A stretch of 60,381 nt of DNA. It comes from a virus (lineage: Duplodnaviria > Caudoviricetes). The stretch lies in the IMG/VR virus record IMGVR_UViG_3300027419_000035, positions 1-60,381 of that record; one strand, 5' to 3'. Shown here one piece after another: positions 39,305-49,737 of the stretch. The notes beneath the pieces were generated by a model. That model ran no database searches, had not been told where the DNA came from, and worked only from the letters and a program-made list of their open reading frames with translations. The position numbers and the translations under genes are program-made. Position 1 is the stretch's first letter. Every line of letters starts with the position of its first letter.

Positions 39305-39511
39305 TTAATTAATTTTTTGTTCTGATGTTTTTACTGCTAATGGACTAAGTGGTATTGCAGTATCATTTAATGTATATGGATTATTTATTAAACCTTTACA
39401 TTTCCACTGACCAAGGAGATAAGCTACCTGATCTTCCATCTGTTCATGAGCAATAAAATCAGACGGATACTCGTCAAGCGTAATTATAATTTGTAACTTA
39501 TTTTTAGCCAT
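39305..39511 (-). CDS. Hypothetical protein
   Basis: 68 aa. Confidence 0.45.
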   Translation of the reverse strand: MAKNKLQIIITLDEYPSDFIAHEQMEDQVAYLLGQWKCKGLINNPYTLNDTAIPLSPLAVKTSEQKIN

Positions 39512-39534
39512 AATATTTCCATTGATTTAAAAAT

Positions 39535-39565
39535 AAAAAGGCAAGAATTGAGCAGTTCTTACCTT
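39535..39565 (-). terminator. Intrinsic terminator after nrdJ
   Basis: - strand AAGGUAAGAA...UUCUUGCCUU followed by a U-rich tract. Confidence 0.7.
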
Positions 39566-39598
39566 CTAAAAATGACAATTAAATATGTCATTAACTTT

Positions 39599-42325
39599 TT
39601 AACCGCAACCTGTCGAATTACCGCAGTCGCTGCATGTATAGCACGAACCTGCTTTTATCATTGCAATCGAACCGCAGTTAGGACAGATTGGCCCATCGAA
39701 TTCAGCTCTTTCTTTTACCGGGACCATCACAGGTGCCGATATATCATCATCGAGGAATTCTTGTTCAAGCCATTTGGCAATATAGTCCAAAACACTATGA
39801 GCAAATGGAATGGATTTATTTTGAGTAAATCCAGCTGGATCAAATTTAGTATTCTTAAATTTATCCACAATATCACGCAAAGGTACACCGTATTGCAATG
39901 ACACTGACAGAAGCAATCCAATTGCATCCATCAATCCCCGGATAGTATTTCCGGTTTTACTCATATTGATGAAAGTTTCGCCAAGATCGCCGTTTTCAAA
40001 AAGACCAACAGTAAGATATCCTTCCTGGCCTCCAATAGAAAACTTATGAGTTAAAGCTTCTCTTGTAGTTGCCATATGTTTTCTAACGGGTTTCGGACGT
40101 CCGTTAGAAAGTTTTTCTGTTTTAACAACTACGGTCTCAGGTTTTATCTCTTCTTTTTTATCAGTTGTTACGGGCTGATAAACTTTTGATCCGTCTCTGT
40201 ATATGGCTATTGATTTAAGTCCTAACTTCCATGCCTGCATATATACATTGGCAACATCATGTTCAGTTGCTTTATTAGGCAGGTTAACTGTCTTAGAAAT
40301 CGCACCTGATAGAAACGGTTGAACAACTGCCATCATTTTGACATGTGCAATAGGATCTATAAAATTATCTTTACTTAATGCAGTAGCAAAAATCTTTCTG
40401 TGTTCAGGTTGAATAGCCTGTATAAAACTTATAGAATGTTTTTCCGGATTAACGATAGAATCAGTCATATCATTAATGGATGTACTATCATATCCAAGTT
40501 TCTGTAATGCTATTTCAACGGATGGAACTGTTAATTTTAACATTCCTCCACCGACTAGATTTTTATATGTGACAAGGTCGAGAGCCGGTTCAATACCGGT
40601 TGTTTCGCAGTCCATTATGAATGATATTGTCCCTGTCGGAGCAAGTACTGTTACCTGTGCATTTCTAAATTGTTTATCTTCAGCTGCATTTTGTTGTGCA
40701 CAACGTACTGCTGTAGATATTATTTCTGTAAAATTTAAATCGTAACCAGGTACTTTTGTAAGTTTTATCGTTGCATCAAGATGTCTCTTCATGATATTTC
40801 TCATAGGTTCGCGGTTGCCTTCCCAGGCTTTAAACGGACCAAGAATTTTTGCTATTTCTGAAGATACTTTATAAGCTGTATTATGCATTAAAGCATTAAT
40901 TGCCGCCGCATAGTTTCTTCCTTTGTCACTATCGTATGCAATACAATGCCGTAACAGATATGCACCCAGGTTAGTATAACCAAGGCCAAGCGTACGATAT
41001 CGTTTTGTTTTTTCTGCAATACGTTCGGTCGGATAAGAAGAATAATCTACAAGTATATCCTGAGCAGTCAGCGCAATTCTTACGCTATGCTGAAAACTTT
41101 TTATATAAAATAGTCCATTGTCATCAATAAACTTCAATAGATTCAATGAGCCAAGATTACACGAAGTATCATCAAGGAACATATATTCACTGCAAGGATT
41201 CGATGCTCGAATCTCGCCGTCATTTGGGCAAGTATGCCAACTGTTAATTGTATCATGGAACTGAATACCAGGATCGCCGGTTTCCCATGCACATTTAACC
41301 AAAGAACTAAACAATACGCGTGCTTTTATCCATTTAATAACTTTATAGTATGACTCAGATACAGAAGAACGGATATACCATGAACTATTATATAAATAGA
41401 AATCTCCCTGCGAAGTCGTTCTACTCATATCTTCTATCAGTTCAAAGTTAACAGATTTTCTTTCAAGTAATGCCCATTCTTCATTGCCTTCAACACATTT
41501 CATAAATGAATCAAAAGCTCTTACAGATTGGTTAGAATTCTGAAAGAACACACTATTAATTGCTTCCTCAATGCTATATCCAGCTTTAATCAAAACCTTT
41601 GCTTTATCTTCTTCTCTTTTCTTCTGCCAGATAAAAGTTTCTATGTCGCCATGATCAATATCTAATATTTCCATGATGGCCGCTCTGCGCGATATGCCAC
41701 CTGATTTTGTAACTGCACCAACCTGGTCATGAATTCTTGTAAAAGAACATGGCCCGGAAGATGATCCGCCTCCGGAGATAGTTTCATGAGACGATCTCAA
41801 TAAACTTTTATTTGAACCTACACCGGAACCGTCTTTAAAAATCTGCATCCAGGTGTTTAAACTTTCACCTATTGATTCTAAAGTATCGTCAATTCTGCTT
41901 ATAAAACATGCAGACGACTGATATTTGCCGTTACGGAACTTATTGCCAAGATTAAACCATACAGGAGAATTAAAGGCATATATCTGATGAAGCAGCATAT
42001 AAGTTAATTCATCTTTAAAGATGATTTCATCATCATTAGTATCAAAATATCCCCGATCATTACCCCATCGTCTGATAGTGTCAACTATCCTGTAAATTAA
42101 CTGTTTTAAACTATATTCTCTGTCAACTCCAATTATTCCGGCAAAATATTTACTAGCAATTATATTAACAGCATTCTTTGAATAAAAGTCAGGAAACTCT
42201 ACATCTTCCTGGCAAAAACTTCTTTCTGGATCTTTATGATTTATAATTTCTGCTATAGTAGTAATCCAAGTAACTTCATCAAATGGATGAATACCTGCTT
42301 TAGTATAAAATCTTTTAAATTGCAT
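39599..42325 (-). CDS. nrdJ: Class II (B12-dependent) ribonucleotide reductase with C-terminal TSCPD and Zn ribbon
   Basis: 'FNSPVWFN', 'SACFI', 'SNPCSEY', 'APTGTI', 'GAISKT', 'YRDGSK', 'CPNCG...CSDCG...CG'. Confidence 0.95.
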   Translation of the reverse strand: MQFKRFYTKAGIHPFDEVTWITTIAEIINHKDPERSFCQEDVEFPDFYSKNAVNIIASKYFAGIIGVDREYSLKQLIYRIVDTIRRWGNDRGYFDTNDDEIIFKDELTYMLLHQIYAFNSPVWFNLGNKFRNGKYQSSACFISRIDDTLESIGESLNTWMQIFKDGSGVGSNKSLLRSSHETISGGGSSSGPCSFTRIHDQVGAVTKSGGISRRAAIMEILDIDHGDIETFIWQKKREEDKAKVLIKAGYSIEEAINSVFFQNSNQSVRAFDSFMKCVEGNEEWALLERKSVNFELIEDMSRTTSQGDFYLYNSSWYIRSSVSESYYKVIKWIKARVLFSSLVKCAWETGDPGIQFHDTINSWHTCPNDGEIRASNPCSEYMFLDDTSCNLGSLNLLKFIDDNGLFYIKSFQHSVRIALTAQDILVDYSSYPTERIAEKTKRYRTLGLGYTNLGAYLLRHCIAYDSDKGRNYAAAINALMHNTAYKVSSEIAKILGPFKAWEGNREPMRNIMKRHLDATIKLTKVPGYDLNFTEIISTAVRCAQQNAAEDKQFRNAQVTVLAPTGTISFIMDCETTGIEPALDLVTYKNLVGGGMLKLTVPSVEIALQKLGYDSTSINDMTDSIVNPEKHSISFIQAIQPEHRKIFATALSKDNFIDPIAHVKMMAVVQPFLSGAISKTVNLPNKATEHDVANVYMQAWKLGLKSIAIYRDGSKVYQPVTTDKKEEIKPETVVVKTEKLSNGRPKPVRKHMATTREALTHKFSIGGQEGYLTVGLFENGDLGETFINMSKTGNTIRGLMDAIGLLLSVSLQYGVPLRDIVDKFKNTKFDPAGFTQNKSIPFAHSVLDYIAKWLEQEFLDDDISAPVMVPVKERAEFDGPICPNCGSIAMIKAGSCYTCSDCGNSTGCG

Positions 42326-42834
42326 TATTCCTCAAAATGATTTTGATATTTGGAATGCTTCCATTCACTCATTTCAGAAATGAGCAAAGATTGCAAATGT
42401 GCTGCTTTGTCTTTAAGTTTCCACAATTGTGTTTCCCATGCGTCAAGAATAAGATTTGCCCATTGTGTAGTCATCGTATGTTTTAAATTATCAATGGTAG
42501 CATTACGTTCTGCAGCTGTAATTTTCATTTTCTTTACCTGCAAATTATCTCCGATAGCAAGATTTAATGAACATTTTTCATTCATCTCAGCCATCCTGGC
42601 AGCAAGTTTTATTTTGCTTAATATATTAGAACACTCATTCATCTTATCAGATGTTTCAGCAAGTCTTGCCCGTAAGATAAACATATCATCATAGCCGTCG
42701 ATTTCAACGTTAAAATATTCAACCCAATCCTGGAGCGTTTTATCGCCGATATAAATAGTAGCCGGCAACTTATTGAAAAATGCCTCAAACGATTTTGCAG
42801 ACTCATCTCTTATTTCAATTATTTTATCATTCAT
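42325..42834 (-). CDS. Helical hypothetical protein
   Basis: 169 aa, coupled to nrdJ. Confidence 0.5.
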   Translation of the reverse strand: MNDKIIEIRDESAKSFEAFFNKLPATIYIGDKTLQDWVEYFNVEIDGYDDMFILRARLAETSDKMNECSNILSKIKLAARMAEMNEKCSLNLAIGDNLQVKKMKITAAERNATIDNLKHTMTTQWANLILDAWETQLWKLKDKAAHLQSLLISEMSEWKHSKYQNHFEE

Positions 42835-42835
42835 A

Positions 42836-43408
42836 TTATGTTCTCACAATGTCAAATTTATTAAATCTAAATAATGATTTGGCTGATATGAGAACAAGAA
42901 ACTCCGTGAATGTTATTGAATTTTCTTTCGATGCTGGAAAATTATCTGGACGTATTTCAAGTTGCCAATCATTTAACTGTAAATTAAAAACTCTTTTTTC
43001 CCCGCCTATCATAGCCTGAAGTTCCTGTGGAATTCTTGTTGGTAACAGATCTGTATGTATGGTTGTTGAAATAACGCCGGTAAGTTCAGTAATTTTATCC
43101 CAAACAACCTGCTTTAAAACTATATCTTTTGCAAAAACATCTGGCGTTGGTATATGTACATATTTCTCAAGAGACATCATTATATCTTCCCCGTAAATTG
43201 CTTCTAACTTTTCCTCAAAGGAAGATTTCTTTTTTGTGGTATTAAACACAAGTATTACTTTTGCTCTGGTAAATTCAACCCTTGTAGGGAATTCACCAGG
43301 TTCATTTATATCAAGTATTTTATACCATGGATACTTTGTATATTCAATAATTTTTTCAAGTATATATCTATCGCTCTGTACTATTTTATTTATAACTATG
43401 TAAATCAT
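42836..43408 (-). CDS. Hypothetical protein
   Basis: Likely start at ATG 43408 (MIYIV). Confidence 0.5.
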   Translation of the reverse strand: MIYIVINKIVQSDRYILEKIIEYTKYPWYKILDINEPGEFPTRVEFTRAKVILVFNTTKKKSSFEEKLEAIYGEDIMMSLEKYVHIPTPDVFAKDIVLKQVVWDKITELTGVISTTIHTDLLPTRIPQELQAMIGGEKRVFNLQLNDWQLEIRPDNFPASKENSITFTEFLVLISAKSLFRFNKFDIVRT

Positions 43409-43435
43409 ACTTTTTTCTCTGACGAAAAAAATCAT

Positions 43436-43471
43436 AGGTGTCATAATTACTATAATTCTGTTATGACACCT
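43436..43471 (-). terminator. 11-bp inverted repeat, probable terminator
   Basis: AGGTGTCATAA-N14-TTATGACACCT, then a U-run on the - strand. Confidence 0.55.
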
Positions 43472-43490
43472 GGTAAACCGTCTTCGTCTA

Positions 43491-43964
43491 TTAGACAGCT
43501 TTCAATCCACAAATCGCAGTCGATAAATTTCTCATTATATCAAAGATTAATAAGAGTTCACCAACAGAAGCGATTACAGAAACTTTCTTTTCTTCTTTGC
43601 CAGTCTTTTCATTAAGATTGATAAAGTAGATTAATTTCTGATCTTTATTAAGCATACTGGAAATACTAAAAATCTTTACGGTCTTTCCTTTATTGTCTGT
43701 TCCTGCATTCGGATCATGAAGCAGTTTTAAATCAATTTTGCCATTCCTGACAAATCCCTGAAACTGTTCATACATATGAGGCAAGTCATTAGTGCTACAT
43801 GCAAATGATACTTTTGCATCTTTTGCCCAATTATATTCCTTGTTTTCTCCATTTGCCCCTTCAAATAGAATGGCGCCTTCTTTTTCCAAGAAGCCTTTCT
43901 CATTAAATGTTGGAGGAATGAACTTAAGCTGTAATGCTGATTTAGTGCGAGCTAAGTATAACAT
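43491..43964 (-). CDS. Whirly-fold ssDNA-binding protein
   Basis: 'KSALQL...PPTF...KEGAILFE...YNW...F...LHDP..G...KGKTVK' follows the plant Whirly motif order. Confidence 0.72.
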   Translation of the reverse strand: MLYLARTKSALQLKFIPPTFNEKGFLEKEGAILFEGANGENKEYNWAKDAKVSFACSTNDLPHMYEQFQGFVRNGKIDLKLLHDPNAGTDNKGKTVKIFSISSMLNKDQKLIYFINLNEKTGKEEKKVSVIASVGELLLIFDIMRNLSTAICGLKAV

Positions 43965-43967
43965 ATT

Positions 43968-44201
43968 TTACTTCTCCTTTTTATGAAATCCATGTTTATA
44001 CAAATTTTCTCTTGATACTTCTTCGTAACTATCTTTAAATGTGCCCGCCAGATTAGGATCTTCAAATTCTAAATTATAGTAAACAGCACCACATTCCGTA
44101 CAGTACACGTCAGAGTCAAACCTTCGTTTGATTTTTCTTTTTAATTCTTTACAACCATCGAAATGACATCCGCCTTCTTTGGTATATTTGGGTACACTCA
44201 T
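43968..44201 (-). CDS. Small Zn-ribbon protein
   Basis: 'CHFDGC', 'CTECG'. Confidence 0.5.
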   Translation of the reverse strand: MSVPKYTKEGGCHFDGCKELKRKIKRRFDSDVYCTECGAVYYNLEFEDPNLAGTFKDSYEEVSRENLYKHGFHKKEK

Positions 44202-44401
44202 TAAAAATGCTCCATTATTTTAAATATTGTAAAGGCATCCTTGACCAAGATACCTTTACTATTTGTTTACGAGAACTGGTTGGTCAAAATTTATTATCAA
44301 TCGTCCTATCCCATAATGTTTTCTGATTGCAAGTAAACGCCCTATTTTAAAAATTAAATTATTTTATATTTACTTATGCAAAATATTTAATGTTCAAGAT
44401 G

Positions 44402-47400
44402 TCATTCTATGCTAATGTCATTTTCTTCGGCCTCAATATCAAGAATGAATTCTTTAATATCTGTATTAACAGATTTCAGATCGTCCCAATACTGAGATAA
44501 CATACGAGAATATGACATACAGTTTCGAACTTTATCATTGATCTCAGTAAGATATGTTAAGTATTTGGTTATCATTGATACATCGCCACCACCAGGCAAC
44601 CGGGCCAATGCGGTTGCAACACGATTATCTTTAACATTTTCTGCAATCATTATAAACAGATCTGCAGTATCTTCATCACAACCCATATTATATATAAGAT
44701 CTTCTCTTACGGCTTCTTTATTAAAAATATTAAGATTATAAATATCATAATTACTTGAACCGCCAGTATTATGTTTTATACCGCGGACAACATAATCCTG
44801 AACAACACGACTAAACAAGAACTGTAACTTTAACATTTCATCTCTTGTTATCTTACCCTCAATAAAAGCATATTCACAATTTGCATGAAATTTCCACAAA
44901 TCAACGGTTGCATTACCAACTTTCATTTTGGCAATGGCAGCATCTGCCAAGGCATTGGCAAGGAAACTCCGTTCAACTGTATGATATTTAAATGGAACAG
45001 TTTCAGCATTCAAAAAGTTTTTATTGCTAGCTTCTTCACTAATATAGGCGTTAACCCAACTCAGTTCATAGTTATATAACTTTGGTTCAGATAATATATA
45101 TTTATGAATATTATCCTGTATTTCCATATCAAGCGGTACAGCTATCGGGAATAAATCCCCGTCGGTATCACTCTGATCGTACAAGGCGTCAATAGTATTT
45201 CTTAATACAATTCCATCTGAACAATCAGACAGAATAATATTCGATATAGTTTTACCTATGGAATATAAATACTTTTCAAAGACATCTTTTAACCATATTT
45301 GTTTTGGTCTAAATTGAAAACGCCACAATACAGGATTTCTTACGCCTATATCATAAATGCGTTTTTTATACTTTAATTTAAATTGTTTGATTTTATTACT
45401 TAATGCATTATCTAAAATAACAGTAATACCCTGTGGTACAAAAGAAGAAACAAGTTGCTTTAAATTTCCACCGGTTACAATCGGAGCAACTACCGTTGGT
45501 AATGCTGCCTTCTTAGTAAAAATGACACTATTGACGGCATTTAAATATCTATTAATATTCTGCATTACCTGCTTTTTATCCGCTTTGTTATTACTCAACA
45601 GTCTTAAAGACAGTAAGAACCACATTGCATATGTATAATAAGCCGGATAAACCAGTTTATTCAAAAACACACTGGACTGATAATTAATCAGTTTTGATGA
45701 CGGCATCCTTACAATAAGTCCGTTAAAATCAATATAAAAACCATTATTTAACGGATTTAATAATAATGTCTGCTGAACATTATGTGTAATATCTACAGAA
45801 TCAACAATATTAAAAATATACTTATTAAGGACAGATAATAACACAGAATCGTTATATTTCCATATCGGTAATTTATCACTAATCATATTAGAAGTTAAAT
45901 GCAAACTTTCACGAAGAATCCATTTATCTTCCTGAAGTATATTATTATTTACAAGCAAATCTGCTATTCTTATCGCATTTTCATTGTCAGTAAGATACAT
46001 GTATTTCAAAGTTTCAGGCATAATTCTTACATCTTCGGAACGACAATCTTTAGCGATATCTGTAACGTTGAATCCTATAAATCCTGCATAGACCTGATAA
46101 TTTTGGCCATTATAATGCCAGGTAATTTTCTGAAGATCACTTGTAAGATTGTTAATTTCTTCTTCAGTGATTTTATCAGGTTTAACATTAAGCTGCTGAG
46201 GTTCATTTAGAATGGCCTGTTTAAGTGCAAGCCAGGCCAAACGAATACCATTAACATCAGTCTTAAGACTATTCGGCCCAATAACCATAGCGACATCAAG
46301 TATTTCGTCTTCCCCGAATATCTTTTTCGGCAATGTAATTGTCCCAAGATCTTTGCGCGGATGAGTCACACCTTTAATTCCATAATCACTTATTATACGT
46401 GCAACGCCAAGATTGGATTTAATCTTTAAAACAATTTTATAACTACCTAATCCCTTCTCGACAAACTCAACAAGAGCATCACGGTATTTAAGATCGTATA
46501 TAATATCAGCATTACCTTCAACATCATAAGCAAGTATATCACCAGGTTGAATAACAGAATTCTCCTTTACTACATCAACATTCAATGAAGAAGTTGTAAA
46601 GGTTCTCCTGATATAATATTTATATTTTGATAAAGCCTCATTAATCAAAACTTCGCCGCCAATTAAAGTGTTATAACCTAATGGACCATCATCCTTAAAT
46701 ACAGGATTTTCCTCGGCCTGAATAGGACAGAACACTGCAATAGCCATAGTCTTTTCAGGTTTAGCTTCTGCATTAAGAATATCAGTCATTGGTGCGGCTG
46801 GTTCAAGATAATTAGAAGTATAATGCTGTCTTAATCTTTCTGGCAAATTAGATTTTTGCGGAAACAGACTTGTAATTTTTTTGTTATCAGCAGCATAACC
46901 AACACCAGAATAGTTCTCATCAGTAAGACAACAATAAATACCTTCTGTCAGAGCTTCAACTCTGATAGGATCATTAAACAACATAGCATATTTTTTAATA
47001 TCATTTTCAGAATTTGGTATACGACCAGACCAAAAAGCATCACCAAAAGATTCATAATAAAACTTACCTTTTTTGGTTTCCTTATATGTCTTAATAACAC
47101 GTATGCGGTTTCTGATTTTCAAATCATTATTATATGCATAAGGAATAATTCCAGTATAAGTTCGCATGACAGCGCTAATGTCACGTTTTAATAATTTATA
47201 CTGTTTAAATTTATATTTTACTGTTCCGTCGTCAGTTCCTTGCAAATGTTCAAAACGACTAATAACAACAGCCATCAAAACATCATTTAAATCAAGGATA
47301 ATCCCGTCATCATCAACATAAAAGTATGGACTGTATAAAATTTGTTGTGCGGTCAACCTTGGAATGTAAACAGATGAATGAAGATTTTTATTAAAAAATA

Positions 47401-47524
47401 TCTCATAATATCTGCTTGTTTTGCTCCTTATGCGAAATAACTTTCCCGAATTACCATAAACTTGTACAATGTCATCAATATTTCTAAACTTTGATATATA
47501 TTTTTCAAATAATTTCTTATACAT
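44402..47524 (-). CDS. Single-polypeptide two-barrel RNA polymerase (YonO-like)
   Basis: beta-like 'RIISDYGIKGV'; beta'-like 'VRNP' and 'QSDTDGD'; 1040 aa. Confidence 0.75.
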   Translation of the reverse strand: MYKKLFEKYISKFRNIDDIVQVYGNSGKLFRIRSKTSRYYEIFFNKNLHSSVYIPRLTAQQILYSPYFYVDDDGIILDLNDVLMAVVISRFEHLQGTDDGTVKYKFKQYKLLKRDISAVMRTYTGIIPYAYNNDLKIRNRIRVIKTYKETKKGKFYYESFGDAFWSGRIPNSENDIKKYAMLFNDPIRVEALTEGIYCCLTDENYSGVGYAADNKKITSLFPQKSNLPERLRQHYTSNYLEPAAPMTDILNAEAKPEKTMAIAVFCPIQAEENPVFKDDGPLGYNTLIGGEVLINEALSKYKYYIRRTFTTSSLNVDVVKENSVIQPGDILAYDVEGNADIIYDLKYRDALVEFVEKGLGSYKIVLKIKSNLGVARIISDYGIKGVTHPRKDLGTITLPKKIFGEDEILDVAMVIGPNSLKTDVNGIRLAWLALKQAILNEPQQLNVKPDKITEEEINNLTSDLQKITWHYNGQNYQVYAGFIGFNVTDIAKDCRSEDVRIMPETLKYMYLTDNENAIRIADLLVNNNILQEDKWILRESLHLTSNMISDKLPIWKYNDSVLLSVLNKYIFNIVDSVDITHNVQQTLLLNPLNNGFYIDFNGLIVRMPSSKLINYQSSVFLNKLVYPAYYTYAMWFLLSLRLLSNNKADKKQVMQNINRYLNAVNSVIFTKKAALPTVVAPIVTGGNLKQLVSSFVPQGITVILDNALSNKIKQFKLKYKKRIYDIGVRNPVLWRFQFRPKQIWLKDVFEKYLYSIGKTISNIILSDCSDGIVLRNTIDALYDQSDTDGDLFPIAVPLDMEIQDNIHKYILSEPKLYNYELSWVNAYISEEASNKNFLNAETVPFKYHTVERSFLANALADAAIAKMKVGNATVDLWKFHANCEYAFIEGKITRDEMLKLQFLFSRVVQDYVVRGIKHNTGGSSNYDIYNLNIFNKEAVREDLIYNMGCDEDTADLFIMIAENVKDNRVATALARLPGGGDVSMITKYLTYLTEINDKVRNCMSYSRMLSQYWDDLKSVNTDIKEFILDIEAEENDISIE

Positions 47525-47525
47525 T

Positions 47526-47954
47526 CTAAAGTTTCTTCTTTTTCCTATGTATTGTTGTTATCCGATACACAATTAATTCAGCTACCCCGATATCAACAAT
47601 GCCCAATTCTTGAGCAGCACGCAAAGATAAATCTAGGTCCCGATTACTATGAAAAGGACCACGATCATTAACCCTAACTACAACAAAACGATTATTTTTA
47701 GGATTAATTACTTTAAGACGGGTACCGATTGGCAGATATCTATGTGCAGCTGTAAGAAATGTTGCATTAAAACGTTCGCCACTCGCGGTTTTTTTATTAT
47801 GAAATTTCACACCATACCAAGATGTGTTCATTTTCTTTGGTTTACTAAAATTAACAGTGATTTTATCATATTTTGTATTCTGCTTTTCAGAACTTCCGGA
47901 AGTAAAAACCAATACTATGAATATTGTGACAAATAATATTTTTGCAATTCTCAT
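47526..47954 (-). CDS. rlpA: RlpA-family lytic transglycosylase (DPBB) with signal peptide
   Basis: 'SWYG..FH.KKTASGE', 'TAAHR.LP', 'VRVNDRGPF', 'DLS..AA..LG'; AGGAGG RBS. Confidence 0.92.
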   Translation of the reverse strand: MRIAKILFVTIFIVLVFTSGSSEKQNTKYDKITVNFSKPKKMNTSWYGVKFHNKKTASGERFNATFLTAAHRYLPIGTRLKVINPKNNRFVVVRVNDRGPFHSNRDLDLSLRAAQELGIVDIGVAELIVYRITTIHRKKKKL

Positions 47955-47973
47955 GCTCCTCCTTTGTTGTTTA

Positions 47974-48002
47974 AAACAAAGGGCCTGTTAAAGCCCTTGT
48001 TT
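47974..48002. terminator. Intrinsic terminator (possibly bidirectional)
   Basis: AAGGGC/GCCCTT stem flanked by AAAC/GTTT. Confidence 0.6.
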
Positions 48003-48031
48003 ATCGCAAATCAAAATAACAACCATCAATA

Positions 48032-48253
48032 TTAAGCATGAGACAGAGTGCCATATGCATCAGAAAGACTATAAAACAGTCTAATCGCAATAATAAATGC
48101 CATAGCAATGGTTCGATTAAATAATGCGAACGCAAAAGCTATTGTTATTGCCACGGCGGTTAAAAACCGCCTGTCTTTAACGAGATCTTTTAACTGTATT
48201 AGTTTCTCATTGATGTATGTACCTGTCTTTGCCCCATAAGACCGATCTTGCAT
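48032..48253 (-). CDS. Small membrane protein
   Basis: Hydrophobic hairpin; GGAG RBS. Confidence 0.55.
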   Translation of the reverse strand: MQDRSYGAKTGTYINEKLIQLKDLVKDRRFLTAVAITIAFAFALFNRTIAMAFIIAIRLFYSLSDAYGTLSHA

Positions 48254-48279
48254 AGTAGCTCCTTTGATTATAATAAGCT

Positions 48280-48819
48280 TTAGGCAATAGTAGAGGCAAA
48301 CAATTCCTTCTCTGCATTCTCCTTTTTAAGACTTTCCTCAGTAATTCTATACTGATCGCGTGGTCTTAATTTAATAATTGTTGGTTCATCGACATTTAAT
48401 GCACGACAAATTAATTTATCCTGCATCATATCATAATAGACAATAAACAACACGTCGCCCGTATGAACGGTGTTATCTTGTATTAACTGATATTTTAAAT
48501 AAAATTCCATCTTGGTCAGACTTTTTGCGCCCTGGTACATATCGCAATACTCACCTATCTCTTCAACAAAACTCATAAATTCCTTAATGTTGATAGTGGT
48601 ATTGTTAACCGTATATATACTTGTAATAACAGGAACATCAGCAATCTTTACAGTATCGATAAACGGCCCATTAACAAATGCACCATTAGTGCCAAATATC
48701 AAAGCCAATTTATATCGTTCAGCAATCTCAATTATTTTAATAATATTTTCTACACGGTTATTGACTCCGGATTTCACAAGTATCCGGTTAACCAACCGTA
48801 TATAGGTTATGATATTCAT
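48280..48819 (-). CDS. Hypothetical protein
   Basis: 179 aa, coupled. Confidence 0.5.
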   Translation of the reverse strand: MNIITYIRLVNRILVKSGVNNRVENIIKIIEIAERYKLALIFGTNGAFVNGPFIDTVKIADVPVITSIYTVNNTTINIKEFMSFVEEIGEYCDMYQGAKSLTKMEFYLKYQLIQDNTVHTGDVLFIVYYDMMQDKLICRALNVDEPTIIKLRPRDQYRITEESLKKENAEKELFASTIA

Positions 48820-49037
48820 TATCCGGTACCCTTACCGTAATCTGTTGAATAAAAGCCAGAGCCCGTAAATTTAGCTCGCGGCGGATTATTATATATTCTT
48901 TGCATTGTCTTGCCACATTTTGGGCAGGCCGTATGATCTTTGACTACATCATACTCAGTATGTGAAAGCAATACAGTATCAATCTGTTCATAGTTTGTAC
49001 ATCCACTGTTTTTGCAAACAAAATCATATAATGGCAT
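48819..49037 (-). CDS. FmdB-family Zn-ribbon protein
   Basis: 'MPLYDFVC...C...CPKCG..MQR...FTGSGFYSTDY'. Confidence 0.85.
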   Translation of the reverse strand: MPLYDFVCKNSGCTNYEQIDTVLLSHTEYDVVKDHTACPKCGKTMQRIYNNPPRAKFTGSGFYSTDYGKGTG

Positions 49038-49329
49038 AATTCCCTTCTTGTTAGTGGTGGTTAAAAAATGATTAATGTTCCATATAACAATAGAGGCCAA
49101 ACGACGTATTTTTTTGATTTTTACCAGTCCAGACTTTGTTGTTTTATGCAGGCGAGACCAACATTATATCTTTTAATTCTTTACATATGTTGATTAAATT
49201 ATTTCCCTTAATAGCATCTATCAATTTATAATATTCTTCGGTAATAATACCAAGAATCTCATGGGAAAAAGTAAGGGATATTTTCCTTAACCAGTTGTTA
49301 GTTTTCAGATTTAATTATATCTCTTAACA

Positions 49330-49737
49330 TTAATTTCTCTCTTCATCATCATTTTCATCATCGCCGATTTCTGGACGTGACTCCCCGTCTATTTCACGTA
49401 GAGCACAACTTACACCATTATTCATAGTGCAATTTACATGACATAAATAATCACTGCTATCATAATCTTCAAGATTCAAGAATTCACCATGATCGCAATC
49501 CATACATATTTGCGATTCAGGCCATTCTGTAATAACCGGTCCGGTAAAGATGCCAAGATTATCATTAATTTTTACAATAGAAGTATTACTTAAAGGAATA
49601 TGAGTATCATTTCCTGTTTTATCATCATGAATATTACCATCTTTAAAACCTAATTTCTCAAAAAATAAAGCCAACCTATCTTCTAGTAATTCGGCTTCAT
49701 CAGAAAAAACATCTGGCAATTCAATTGTTAGTTTCAT
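49330..49737 (-). CDS. Hypothetical protein (Cys cluster, acidic tail)
   Basis: 135 aa; GGAG RBS. Confidence 0.5.
   Translation of the reverse strand: MKLTIELPDVFSDEAELLEDRLALFFEKLGFKDGNIHDDKTGNDTHIPLSNTSIVKINDNLGIFTGPVITEWPESQICMDCDHGEFLNLEDYDSSDYLCHVNCTMNNGVSCALREIDGESRPEIGDDENDDEERN

Noticed and set aside
41330-41470. Intein in nrdJ (aromatic-rich insertion)
   Set aside because: About 30-40 aa with no splicing motifs. Likely a loop insertion.
44225-44400. Small RNA in the gap downstream of the RNAP gene
   Set aside because: Only a 6-bp closing stem and one hairpin. A promoter plus leader explains it equally well.
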